NCBI GenBank assembly: GCA_001801465.1
Contig: MGXT01000014.1
Span: forward strand, 73,234-137,233
Source: Gammaproteobacteria bacterium RIFCSPHIGHO2_12_FULL_35_23
Lineage (GTDB): Bacteria; Pseudomonadota; Gammaproteobacteria; UBA12402
Reading direction: 5' to 3'
DNA length: 64,000 bases
The notes beneath the pieces were generated by a model. The model saw nothing but the letters and a program-made list of their open reading frames with translations, searched no databases and was not told the DNA's origin. The stretch's first letter is position 1. Every line of letters begins with the position of its first letter. Positions 28,698 to 38,493 of the stretch are shown one piece after another. Position numbers and translations under genes: made by a program.

Positions 28698-29288
28698 CTA
28701 TTGTGAACTATTTAATCCCACTAACGCTAACATCGCTTCAACCAATTGTTCTGTTCTGACCAGCTCTTGATTAATATTGTTTAGTTGTTGTTTCAATGTC
28801 AATTGATTAGCAGTTTTGATAGTATTACGTAACTGTGTTAATAGCGCTTGTTGCTTTGCTCTCAAGCCTGTTAGTTTAGACTCTTGCAACATAATTAACT
28901 TACCAAAATTTTCTTGTACTGATAAAAAAACTTGATCATAACCAGCTAATTCAGATTGTTGATTTGAAATAATTTGCTGTCGCAATACAGCATTATTACC
29001 TGCAGCTTGAAGTTTAGAAGCAAAATCCGTTAGTTCTTGTTGAGCCTCGTAATAACGCTGGCCTTGTGCTATTTGTAAATTAAAATAATCATTTAACACT
29101 TGTTTTACTACTTCTGCATTCATACAAGTTTGACTCGCAGCAGGTAGCTCTCCTGCACTACATTTTTCTAAATTATTTTTTAAGACATCTTGATGGGCTA
29201 AAAGATACTGATACTCTGAATACTGATGACAGCCAGAAAGTAATAAAGTAACTAATCCTAATAAAAAAAATCTTTTAAATAACAACAT
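28698..29288 (-). CDS. Gln-rich coiled-coil lipoprotein, N-terminus reminiscent of EexN/entry-exclusion-type lipoproteins
   Basis: Lipobox LLLSGC. Then YSEYQYLLAHQDVLKNNLEKCSAGEL....QTCMNAE, followed by about 130 aa of Q/L-rich heptad-like sequence. It overlaps the upstream gene by 14 nt. Confidence 0.45.
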   Translation of the reverse strand: MLLFKRFFLLGLVTLLLSGCHQYSEYQYLLAHQDVLKNNLEKCSAGELPAASQTCMNAEVVKQVLNDYFNLQIAQGQRYYEAQQELTDFASKLQAAGNNAVLRQQIISNQQSELAGYDQVFLSVQENFGKLIMLQESKLTGLRAKQQALLTQLRNTIKTANQLTLKQQLNNINQELVRTEQLVEAMLALVGLNSSQ

Positions 29289-29616
29289 TTCCAGCTCCCG
29301 TGTCAGTTGCAGCCATTACTGCTAAATAATGGAGCAAAGGAATTGCAATCAAAACTATTCCTAAGATTGCCCAAAAAATTATAGTCCCAAGCGGGGATTC
29401 TTGAGGATTTTGCTTGTGCCGTAAATAACGCATAAAGGCGCTCATTAATAATAATCCCCCTAATATAAAGCTTGCAGCATCTAATGCATAACGCAAAAAA
29501 ATAATAGGCCCTAAAGCATCTTGTGCAACGCCCCCCAAGCTTTGAGCAGAGGCACTTGCTGCCAGCAAATTAATACTTACAATAAAGGTAAAAAAGATTG
29601 TTTTAATTATTTTCAT
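29275..29616 (-). CDS. small secreted two-TM membrane protein with T4SS pilin-like (VirB2/TrbC/IcmD-like) topology
   Basis: Signal peptide ...LLAASASA-QS. Two hydrophobic helices are separated by the basic loop RYLRHKQNPQESP. The tail is small and Gly-rich. The call rests on topology only. Confidence 0.4.
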   Translation of the reverse strand: MKIIKTIFFTFIVSINLLAASASAQSLGGVAQDALGPIIFLRYALDAASFILGGLLLMSAFMRYLRHKQNPQESPLGTIIFWAILGIVLIAIPLLHYLAVMAATDTGAGNVVI

Positions 29617-29829
29617 TTTTTACTGCTCCAAGCTCAGTTTTCTAGTAAATAAACTAATTAACTACTTGTTTATAATAAATTATTTAGAGCTAGATTATAT
29701 AAGCATTTTTTGTTTTTCCAAAGCTAATTTTTTAATAATTACAGGGGCTTGGTTTAACAAGGAATTGACTAGCCAGCAAAACCGCTCTACATTTAGAGTC
29801 TCATTTAAAAGAATAAATCAGGATCTTTA

Positions 29830-31455
29830 ATGACCACCGGTTTACGCATTTGTTTAGCACAAATAAATTTCAAAGTCGCTGATATTTCTGGAAATTTAAA
29901 AAAAATCCTAACTGCAATTAAAGAAGCACAAACACAGGCTGACCTAATTATATTTCCAGAGCTTACTTTGACTAGCTACCCACCTGAAGATTTATTATTA
30001 CGGCAAGACTTTTATCATTATATCGAGCAAGCTTTAGCCACGGTTTGTCAAAATACTAACCAAATTGATGTTCTGATAGGCTATCCTAAGCAAATTAATA
30101 ATACTGTTTATAATACTATTGCCTGGATTCAACAGGGCAAAATTATTGCTGAATACTTTAAACAAAAACTTCCTAATTATGGTGTTTTTGATGAAAAACG
30201 TTATTTTCAAACGGGTAATTCCCCAACTATAGTAGATTTTAAAGGCTATAAAATTGGCTTAGCCATTTGTGAAGATTTATGGTTTTCTGAACCTATACGG
30301 TTGGCTAAAAATGTAGGAGCCGAATTAATTATTAGCCCTAATGCTTCGCCCTTTTCAGTCGGTAAAAAAGAAAAAAGGCTTGCTGTCCTAAAAAAACGTA
30401 TTAACGAAACCAAACTTCCCATTATTTATGTTAATCATATCGGTGGACAAGATGACCTTCTTTTTGATGGCAGCTCTTTTGTGCTTAACTCTGAAGCTGA
30501 GGTTTGTTTACAGGCCCCTGCATTTAAAGAAGGATTGTTTTATACCGAAATTACAAAACTTAACCAATGTTTGCATATTAATAAGCAAGCGCTTCCCAAA
30601 CAAAGTAAATTAGCAATAATCTATGAAGGTCTCGTTACCGGTGTTAGAGATTACATCAATAAAAATGGGTTTCCTGGTGCCATCATAGGCTTATCTGGTG
30701 GTATTGATTCTGCATTAACTTTGTGTATTGCCGTTGATGCATTAGGAAAAGACCGAGTCCAAACAATCATGATGCCCTCACCCTATACTGCCGACATCAG
30801 TCAAATAGATGCCAAAGAGCAAGCTAAAACTTTAGACGTAAACTACCAGGTTATTGAAATTCAACCTGTCTTTTCAGCTTTTTTACAACAACTTGCTCCG
30901 TTGTTTAGAAATCTCCCAGCTGATAAAACGGAAGAAAACATTCAAGCACGCATCAGAGGCACTCTACTCATGGCGGTTTCTAATAAAATTGGCAGATTAG
31001 TATTAACAACCAGCAATAAAAGTGAAACGGCTGTAGGCTATACCACACTTTATGGAGATATGGCCGGTGGATTTTGTGTATTAAAAGATGTTTATAAAAC
31101 TTTAGTCTACCAACTTGCTGATTATCGCAATTCACTTTCTCCAGCTATTCCTAGACGTGTTATAGAGCGCTCTCCTTCAGCTGAATTAGCACCTAATCAA
31201 AAAGATCAGGATAGCTTACCTCCTTATGAAATATTAGATGAAATCATCGCTTGCTTTATTGAACATGATTTAAGTTTACAAGAAATTATTGATAAAGGTT
31301 TTTCACCTGACACCGTTAAAAAAGTTTTAAGAATGATTCATATCAATGAATATAAGCGCAGACAATCCCCACCAGGGCCCAAAATAACAGGCAAAGCTTT
31401 CTCAAGAAATAGGCGCTACCCCATTACCTCAGGATTTGATAGCTTGATTTTATAA
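29830..31455 (+). CDS. nadE: glutamine-dependent NAD+ synthetase
   Basis: N-terminal nitrilase/CN-hydrolase domain (FPEL.LT.YPPEDL, ICEDLW). C-terminal synthetase domain with the SGGIDS P-loop and TSNKSE..VGY.TLYGD. Confidence 0.9.
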   Translation: MTTGLRICLAQINFKVADISGNLKKILTAIKEAQTQADLIIFPELTLTSYPPEDLLLRQDFYHYIEQALATVCQNTNQIDVLIGYPKQINNTVYNTIAWIQQGKIIAEYFKQKLPNYGVFDEKRYFQTGNSPTIVDFKGYKIGLAICEDLWFSEPIRLAKNVGAELIISPNASPFSVGKKEKRLAVLKKRINETKLPIIYVNHIGGQDDLLFDGSSFVLNSEAEVCLQAPAFKEGLFYTEITKLNQCLHINKQALPKQSKLAIIYEGLVTGVRDYINKNGFPGAIIGLSGGIDSALTLCIAVDALGKDRVQTIMMPSPYTADISQIDAKEQAKTLDVNYQVIEIQPVFSAFLQQLAPLFRNLPADKTEENIQARIRGTLLMAVSNKIGRLVLTTSNKSETAVGYTTLYGDMAGGFCVLKDVYKTLVYQLADYRNSLSPAIPRRVIERSPSAELAPNQKDQDSLPPYEILDEIIACFIEHDLSLQEIIDKGFSPDTVKKVLRMIHINEYKRRQSPPGPKITGKAFSRNRRYPITSGFDSLIL

Positions 31456-31456
31456 A

Positions 31457-32275
31457 CTATCTATATACTTTATGAACATTACTGCTTGCTTTGGCCAATG
31501 ATTGTTCCAAACTAGGAATACTTGGATTATTTGAGAAATTTAATTTTAAAACAGCCAGTGACTGCTTAGCATCAGCATAATCTTGTAAGTTAATATAAGA
31601 TTCTGTCATTAAAATCAAGGCACCAGGAATTGACGTACTTTGTTGATAATGACGAATAATACCATTTGCCCGATTTGCCGCTGCAACATAAGATTCTCTC
31701 ACAAAATAAAAATGAGCCACTTCAAGTTCGTGGCTAGCCACAATATTACGAATATAAATCATTCGTAATCGGGCATCAGGTGTGTAGACACTATTAGGAT
31801 AATGATAAACCAGCTCACTGAAATCCAAAAAGGCTTTCTTTAAAGAGGAGGCATCGCGCTGTGAAAAATCAGTGGGAAAATAGGTGCTTAAAAACCCACG
31901 TTCTTCATAAAACTCAGAAAGACCTCTCATGTAGTAAGCATAATCCACATAAGGACTCATAGGATATAAGTGAATATAACGATCTGCAGCCGCTAAAGTA
32001 GAGGGCACATCATCACTTTTATAATAAGCATAAATAATATCTAACTGAGCTTGTTGTGAGTGCTCCCCAAAAGGATACAAAGTATCTAATGCTTCAAAAT
32101 GTTTAATGGCTTTAGCATAATTGCCAGCAATGAGTGCTGATTCTCCACCATAATAAATTTGCTGTTCTGATTGTCCTTTAAAAGCAGCTCCTGGATCATC
32201 AACTGTTTTGTCTGAAGCACAAGCACTTAAAGTTAAGATGGAAATAACTAGTAAAATAAATTTTAACTGTCTCAT
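31457..32275 (-). CDS. bamD: outer membrane protein assembly factor BamD
   Basis: Lipobox LTLSAC after the ATG at 32275. TPR-like repeats and the YP.S.Y...A motif are present. It is divergent from rluD, as in E. coli. Confidence 0.85.
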   Translation of the reverse strand: MRQLKFILLVISILTLSACASDKTVDDPGAAFKGQSEQQIYYGGESALIAGNYAKAIKHFEALDTLYPFGEHSQQAQLDIIYAYYKSDDVPSTLAAADRYIHLYPMSPYVDYAYYMRGLSEFYEERGFLSTYFPTDFSQRDASSLKKAFLDFSELVYHYPNSVYTPDARLRMIYIRNIVASHELEVAHFYFVRESYVAAANRANGIIRHYQQSTSIPGALILMTESYINLQDYADAKQSLAVLKLNFSNNPSIPSLEQSLAKASSNVHKVYR

Positions 32276-32398
32276 TGCACCGCCGCAAATAATTTTAGTT
32301 GCGAGATTATAACGAGGATTTAAAGATAATACCACTTGCTTATCAGTAACATCTTCTGCTCTTACAGTATTTTTGTTATGCTACGAGTTTTAAATAAG

Positions 32399-33358
32399 AT
32401 GCAGTTCATGCCAGAAACTATATACCAACAGCTTATTATTCCTAGCTCTTGTGCTGGGTTTAGACTTGATCAAGCTTTGAGCGCTCTCTTGCCGCAGTAC
32501 TCTAGGTCAAAAATTACGCAGTGGTTAAAAAATGGAAATATAACCCTTAACGATCTACCTGCTCTACCCAAACTTAAAGTTTATGGCAACGAAAAAATCG
32601 AGCTCAATATCATATTAGAACAAACCAATCCTTGGCATGCAGAACCTTTAAAACTAAATGTTGTTTTTGAAGACAAGACTCTTCTAGTTATCGACAAACC
32701 AGTTGGGATGGTAGTACACCCTGCAGCTGGTAACCTAACAGGAACCCTGGTCAATGCTTTATTGCATTATCATCCTAATTTAAAAACTTTACCTAGAGCA
32801 GGTTTAATTCATCGACTTGATAAAGATACCTCCGGTTTATTGGTCGTTGCAAAAACTTTATCTGCTCATACCTATTTAACTGCACAGTTGCAAGAGCGAT
32901 TCATCGAGCGTGAGTATTTAGCGCTAATAAACGGCGTATTAACTGGGGGAGGCACTATTAATCAGCCAATCGGTCGTCATCCACGTAATCGACAAAAAAT
33001 GGCTGTCATTGCCTCAGGTAAACCTGCAATCACCCATTATCGTATTGAAGAAAAATTTCAAGATTATACCCTCTTAAAAGTAATCTTAGAAACTGGCCGT
33101 ACTCATCAAATTAGAGTACATATGGCCTTTATTCATCACCCTATTGTAGGAGATCAACTCTATAACCGCCTACAACTCCCTAAAAATTGCAATGAATCTT
33201 TAAAAACAACCTTGCGTACTTTTAAAAGACAGGCTCTTCATGCAAAAAAACTTGGATTTAAGCACCCAAGCAATCATAAGGAACTTTTATTTGAAAGCCC
33301 TATCCCTGAAGATTTTGCAACCTTAATTCAAATCATTAGGAAAGAAAATGTCTCCTAA
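32399..33358 (+). CDS. rluD: 23S rRNA pseudouridine synthase RluD
   Basis: S4 domain (RLDQAL....SRS.I..W) and catalytic HRLDKDTSGLLVVAK, plus ETGRTHQIRVHMA and RQALHA. The start is probably ATG 32399 or 32408, not the TTG at 32336. Confidence 0.9.
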   Translation: MQFMPETIYQQLIIPSSCAGFRLDQALSALLPQYSRSKITQWLKNGNITLNDLPALPKLKVYGNEKIELNIILEQTNPWHAEPLKLNVVFEDKTLLVIDKPVGMVVHPAAGNLTGTLVNALLHYHPNLKTLPRAGLIHRLDKDTSGLLVVAKTLSAHTYLTAQLQERFIEREYLALINGVLTGGGTINQPIGRHPRNRQKMAVIASGKPAITHYRIEEKFQDYTLLKVILETGRTHQIRVHMAFIHHPIVGDQLYNRLQLPKNCNESLKTTLRTFKRQALHAKKLGFKHPSNHKELLFESPIPEDFATLIQIIRKENVS

Positions 33359-34091
33359 TGAATTTATTCTCCCCAATTGGCCTGCACCCAACAAGATTAA
33401 AGCGTTTAGCACTACGCGTTTAGGAGGAATAAGTTTACCTCCTTATGATCAATTAAATTTAGGGTTAGGAACAGGCGATGATCCTATACATGTCCAGCAA
33501 AATCGAAAAATTCTCGCTGAAAAGTTACACTTACCCGAATCGCCTTTATGGATGATACAAACACATAGTAATATAGCTGTAGATACTTCCCCTTCCTCTG
33601 CTTCACCTATAACAGCTGATGCGAGATATAGTAATCAACTCAAGCAAGTTTGTGTTGTACAAACTGCAGACTGCCTACCATTATTAGTTTGTAATCAGCA
33701 AGGCAGCGAAGTTGCTGCAATTCATGCTGGCTGGCGCGGTTTAGCAACTGGAATTATAGAAAATACTCTCCAGTTTTTTACTACCTCGACCAAGGATCTA
33801 TTAGTCTGGTTAGGCCCTGCAATTGGACCTAGCAAATTCGAGGTAGGAAAAGAGGTCAAAGCAGCTTTTTGTAATAATAATTCTGAAAATTTACAAGCGT
33901 TTTCACCCCTAGGAAATGATAAATATTTGGCCAGTATTTATCAATTAGCAACAATCCAACTCCATAAATTAGGGATAACACAAATTTATGGAGGAAATTT
34001 TTGTACATTTTCTGAAGAAGGCTATTTTTTTTCTTATCGTCGCAATAAAGTAACAGGCCGAATGGCTAGCCTGATTTGGATTAACGCTTAA
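33348..34091 (+). CDS. pgeF: peptidoglycan editing factor PgeF (YfiH family)
   Basis: Motifs: TTR.GG.S..PY..LNLG, Q.H...V, TADCLP, HAGWRG, FSYRR. It lies downstream of rluD as in enterobacteria. Confidence 0.85.
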   Translation: MSPNEFILPNWPAPNKIKAFSTTRLGGISLPPYDQLNLGLGTGDDPIHVQQNRKILAEKLHLPESPLWMIQTHSNIAVDTSPSSASPITADARYSNQLKQVCVVQTADCLPLLVCNQQGSEVAAIHAGWRGLATGIIENTLQFFTTSTKDLLVWLGPAIGPSKFEVGKEVKAAFCNNNSENLQAFSPLGNDKYLASIYQLATIQLHKLGITQIYGGNFCTFSEEGYFFSYRRNKVTGRMASLIWINA

Positions 34092-34177
34092 TTTCCGACC
34101 TAAATTCTCTATTAAAATCTTGCACCACCTCATTTTTCACATTAATATCAATAGATTATATACTACAAGGAGTTTCT

Positions 34178-35359
34178 ATGAAAAAGCGCATGGCCCTTAT
34201 GATTATTGCGCTAATCATAATTTTTGGTGGTGTATTTGGTTGGGATTTCATGCGCTCCTATTTTGCTAAACAATACATGGCGCATTTTAGACAACCGCCG
34301 GTAACAATTTCTGCTGCAACAGTAAAATTAAAAAAGTGGCAAGGCCTAGTTCCTGCTGTTGGTACTTTATATTCATATGAATCGGTTAATATCTCGCCGC
34401 AACAGGCAGGCCAGGTGCAAGAAATCTATTTTAAATCAGGTGATATTGTTCAAAAAGGCCAGCCTTTACTAGGACAAAATATCGAGCTAAATATTCAGAC
34501 TTTAAAAAGCCAGCAAGCACAGCTTGCATTATCTAAAATCACTTATGAGCGTTATATACCTTTAGCAAAGAAAAGTTTTGTATCACAAAGCCAATTAGAT
34601 CAAGCGTTAGCACAATACCAAGAAGATGAAGCAAACGTTGGTCAGTCAGAAGAAATTATTAATGAAAAAACTATTCGAGCACCTTTCACAGGTAAAATAG
34701 GTATTCGAAAAGTTAACTTGGGACAATATGTTTCTCCAGGTGATAAACTTACTTCATTACAATCACTGGATCCTTTGCGCGCTGTATTTTATGTTCCAGA
34801 ACAATATTTCCCAGATATAAAAGTTGGTCAAGCAGTAAAAGTAACCGTTGAAGCTTACCCTGGTAAAGAGTTTCCAGGTAAGGTAGTTGCCATTAACTCA
34901 CAAATTAATAGTAATACACGTAACTTTTCAATTGAAGCTAATATCCCCAATAAAAATTTAGAATTATTCCCTGGCATGTTTGCCAATGTCACTGTAATTT
35001 TACCAGCAGCCAAAAATGTTATGGTGTTACCACAAACTGCTATTAGCTATAACTTATATGGTAATATTGTATATGTTTTAACTCCTGCACCAAAAGGTTA
35101 TACTATTCCTCCATTACCCAAAAAGGATAGAGTAAAAATACAATCTAATACACCGCCTAAAACAGTCTATATTGTCAAAACTGCCTATGTTAAGACTGGC
35201 GAACAACGCGGTAATACTGTAGAAATATTATCAGGATTAAAAGTTGGAGATTTAGTTGCTACGTCAGGACAATTAAAATTACTAAATGATACACCAGTAG
35301 TAATCAACAATAGCATTAACCCTGCTATTATGCCTGCCGTTATTAATGCGGAAGAATAA
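34178..35359 (+). CDS. RND efflux periplasmic adaptor (membrane fusion protein)
   Basis: N-terminal anchor, a lipoyl/hairpin region, I.APF.G.IG...V..G..V and a beta-barrel domain. It sits directly upstream of the RND permease. Confidence 0.85.
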   Translation: MKKRMALMIIALIIIFGGVFGWDFMRSYFAKQYMAHFRQPPVTISAATVKLKKWQGLVPAVGTLYSYESVNISPQQAGQVQEIYFKSGDIVQKGQPLLGQNIELNIQTLKSQQAQLALSKITYERYIPLAKKSFVSQSQLDQALAQYQEDEANVGQSEEIINEKTIRAPFTGKIGIRKVNLGQYVSPGDKLTSLQSLDPLRAVFYVPEQYFPDIKVGQAVKVTVEAYPGKEFPGKVVAINSQINSNTRNFSIEANIPNKNLELFPGMFANVTVILPAAKNVMVLPQTAISYNLYGNIVYVLTPAPKGYTIPPLPKKDRVKIQSNTPPKTVYIVKTAYVKTGEQRGNTVEILSGLKVGDLVATSGQLKLLNDTPVVINNSINPAIMPAVINAEE

Positions 35360-35375
35360 CTTAAGAGATTAATGG

Positions 35376-38300
35376 ATGAAGTTTACTGATATTTTTATTG
35401 AGCGTCCTGTCTTAGCAATGGTAATAAGCTTGTTAATTCTCATTTTTGGATTAAGAGCTTTATTTTCATTAGAAATACGCCAATTTCCTTATATGTCTGA
35501 TACTGTTATTACAGTTACGACTTCTTATCCAGGCGCCAGCCCTCAACTTATTCAAAGCTTTATTACTACTCCTATTGAACAGTCAGTAGCAACTGCTGAA
35601 GGCATAGATTATATGCTTTCTTCAAGCCAAGAAAGCACTAGCACAATTACTATTTACGTGACTTTAAACTTTGACCCTAATACTGCTTTTACCCAAGTCA
35701 TGAGTAAAGTACAAGCGGTCATAAATCAACTACCTAAAGCTGCTGAAAATCCAGTTATTACAGAAAGTTCCGGAGGCGGCCAGTTTGCTTTAATGTACTT
35801 GGGTTTTGCAAGTAAATTTATGACGCCTGAACAAATTACTAACTATCTTACTGAAGTGGTACAGCCGCAATTAGAAACTATTAATGGTGTCTCACAAGCT
35901 CAAATTTTAGGGGGAATGACTTATGCTATGCGAATTTGGTTAAATCCTCAAAAAATGGCTGCCTATAACGTTTCTGCTGAAGATGTACAAAATGCATTGT
36001 TAGCTAATAATTACCAGTCTGCCGCAGGTAGCACCAAAGGTGTTTATGTTGCTTACAATATTAATGCTTCTACAGACGTCAATGATACCAAGGGATTTGC
36101 TAACATTATTGTAAGAGCTCAGAATGGACAAATAGTACGATTGAAAGATATTGCTAAAATTGAATTAGGTTCAGAAAATTATAACTCTTCAGTAAGCTTT
36201 AATAATCTACAAGCTACATTTATCGGTATTACAGCCACACCTATTGCTAATCCTTTACAAGTAATTAATGATGTGAAAAAAATGCTGCCCTCATTAGAAA
36301 AAATCTATCCTCCTAGCCTTAAATGCACAATAGTCTACGATTCAACTGTTTATATTCGTGCCTCTATCGATGAAGTAGTAGCAACTATTGCAGAAGCCTC
36401 TATTATTGTAATTATTGTTATCTTTTTATTTTTAGGAAACCTACGCTCCGTTTGTATACCAGTCGTCACTATTCCCTTATCATTGATAGGGGTTTCATCC
36501 TTTATGTTAGCCTTAGGCTATTCTATTAATTTACTGACATTACTGGCAATGGTATTAGCTATTGGTTTAGTAGTCGATGATGCGATTGTCGTGGTTGAGA
36601 ATATCAGTCGACATATTGAAGCAGGTAGTACCCCTTTTCAAGCCGCCATTGCTGGTGCCAGAGAAATTGCTAATCCTGTGATTGCCATGAGTATTACTTT
36701 AGCTGCCGTTTATTCTCCTATTGGTTTTATGGGAGGCCTAACAGGTGCTTTATTTAAAGAATTTGCTTTTACTCTTGCCTCCTCTGTAATTCTTTCTGGC
36801 ATCATTGCGTTAACTTTATCGCCAATGATGTGTTCCAAAGTTTTAAAACGTATTCCACCAGGTCAACGTAATTTTGCTCATTATGTTGATAAAATCTTTG
36901 AAGCCATTAAAAACTTTTATAGCAAGTTACTACGTGGTTCCTTAAACTACCGACCTGTGACGATAGTTTTTGCTATTACGGTTCTAGCTAGCCTTTATTT
37001 TTTATATTCCAATACACAAACTGAACTTGCTCCCAATGAAGATCAAGGTATTTTATTTACAATGGCTAATGGCCCAGATACCTCTAATATCGATTACAGC
37101 CAATTATTCTCAGCACAGCTATCAAATATTTTTGCTAACCTTGAAGGAACTCAGGCCTACTTTGTGGTTAATGGTATAAATCTAGCTAATAATATTATTG
37201 GCGGCCCTGTTCTCAAACCCTGGGGAGATCGCAAACTTTCTGCTATGCAACTTCAGCCAATCTTACAGCAAGAAGTAAATAATATTGCTGGCTTACAATC
37301 TTCTGTATTTTTACCAGCTTCGCTGCCAGGTAGTGACAACGGCTACCCTATTGAGTTTGTTATTACTAGTACCGGTGATTATGCGCCTTTATTTGAAGTC
37401 AGTAATCGATTATTGACCCAAGCTCAAAATAGCGGATTATTTATTTTTATTAATAACTCTCTACTTTATGATCAATCTGAAGTCATGGTAGATATCAATC
37501 GTGATAAAGCTGCAGAGCTAGGCCTGACTATGCAATCAATAGCAAATGCTTTAGCCACTGCCTTTGGTGGAAACTATACTAACTGGTTTAGCATGAGTAA
37601 TCGTAGCTATCAGGTAATCCCTCAAGTATTACGAACACATCGACTGACCCCTGACCAAATTAACCAGATTTATCTAAAAGCGTCTAATGGCGATATGGTT
37701 CCCTTATCAACAGTTGTCACCATAAAACAAGTTAGCCAACCCAATAGCTTATCACGTTTTAATCAGCTTAACTCGGCTACGTTACAAGCAGTTCCCTCAC
37801 CAGGAGTCTCTATGGGAACTGCTTTAAAATATTTACAAAATCTTGCTGATACAGAACTGCCACTTGGTATGAGTTACGGTTATCAAGGACAAGCTTTACA
37901 ATATATTCAAGAAGGTAATACCCTGATATTTGCTATGGTATTTGCGATCATTATTATCTTCTTAGTATTAGCCGCTCAATTTGAAAGCTTTAGAGACCCT
38001 CTGATTATTTTGTTAAGTGTTCCAATGTCGTTTTGTGCAGCCTTGATCCCATTAAACCTAGGTCTAGCAACTATTAATATTTATACTCAGATTGGTTTAG
38101 TAACCCTAATAGGTTTAATCAGTAAACATGGTATTTTGATGGTTGAATTTGCTAATAAATTACAAATTCATGAAGGTCTCACTATTCGAGAAGCGATTAT
38201 TAAAGCAGCCTCAATTCGTTTGCGTCCTATTCTGATGACTACCTCTGCGATGGTTGTTGGGGTACTACCACTTGTATTTGCAACTGGCGCTGGTGCAGAA

Positions 38301-38453
38301 AGCCGCTACTGTATTGGTCTTGTTATTTCCTCAGGTATGTTAATGGGAACTATATTTACTCTCTTTGTAGTACCAATGTTTTATACATTTATTGCCAAAG
38401 ATCACCGCCATGACAACGAACTGGCAAATCAAGTTAAGGAAAGTGACAAATAA
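35376..38453 (+). CDS. RND family multidrug efflux permease (AcrB/MdtBC-like)
   Basis: 1025 aa. Begins MKFTDIFI.RPVLA. Shows VDDAIVVVENI and the 12-TM/two-large-loop organisation. No outer membrane factor gene is adjacent. Confidence 0.9.
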   Translation: MKFTDIFIERPVLAMVISLLILIFGLRALFSLEIRQFPYMSDTVITVTTSYPGASPQLIQSFITTPIEQSVATAEGIDYMLSSSQESTSTITIYVTLNFDPNTAFTQVMSKVQAVINQLPKAAENPVITESSGGGQFALMYLGFASKFMTPEQITNYLTEVVQPQLETINGVSQAQILGGMTYAMRIWLNPQKMAAYNVSAEDVQNALLANNYQSAAGSTKGVYVAYNINASTDVNDTKGFANIIVRAQNGQIVRLKDIAKIELGSENYNSSVSFNNLQATFIGITATPIANPLQVINDVKKMLPSLEKIYPPSLKCTIVYDSTVYIRASIDEVVATIAEASIIVIIVIFLFLGNLRSVCIPVVTIPLSLIGVSSFMLALGYSINLLTLLAMVLAIGLVVDDAIVVVENISRHIEAGSTPFQAAIAGAREIANPVIAMSITLAAVYSPIGFMGGLTGALFKEFAFTLASSVILSGIIALTLSPMMCSKVLKRIPPGQRNFAHYVDKIFEAIKNFYSKLLRGSLNYRPVTIVFAITVLASLYFLYSNTQTELAPNEDQGILFTMANGPDTSNIDYSQLFSAQLSNIFANLEGTQAYFVVNGINLANNIIGGPVLKPWGDRKLSAMQLQPILQQEVNNIAGLQSSVFLPASLPGSDNGYPIEFVITSTGDYAPLFEVSNRLLTQAQNSGLFIFINNSLLYDQSEVMVDINRDKAAELGLTMQSIANALATAFGGNYTNWFSMSNRSYQVIPQVLRTHRLTPDQINQIYLKASNGDMVPLSTVVTIKQVSQPNSLSRFNQLNSATLQAVPSPGVSMGTALKYLQNLADTELPLGMSYGYQGQALQYIQEGNTLIFAMVFAIIIIFLVLAAQFESFRDPLIILLSVPMSFCAALIPLNLGLATINIYTQIGLVTLIGLISKHGILMVEFANKLQIHEGLTIREAIIKAASIRLRPILMTTSAMVVGVLPLVFATGAGAESRYCIGLVISSGMLMGTIFTLFVVPMFYTFIAKDHRHDNELANQVKESDK

Positions 38454-38493
38454 AGCAATTAGCGCAAAATACCTTTAGATAAAATAAGGTCTA

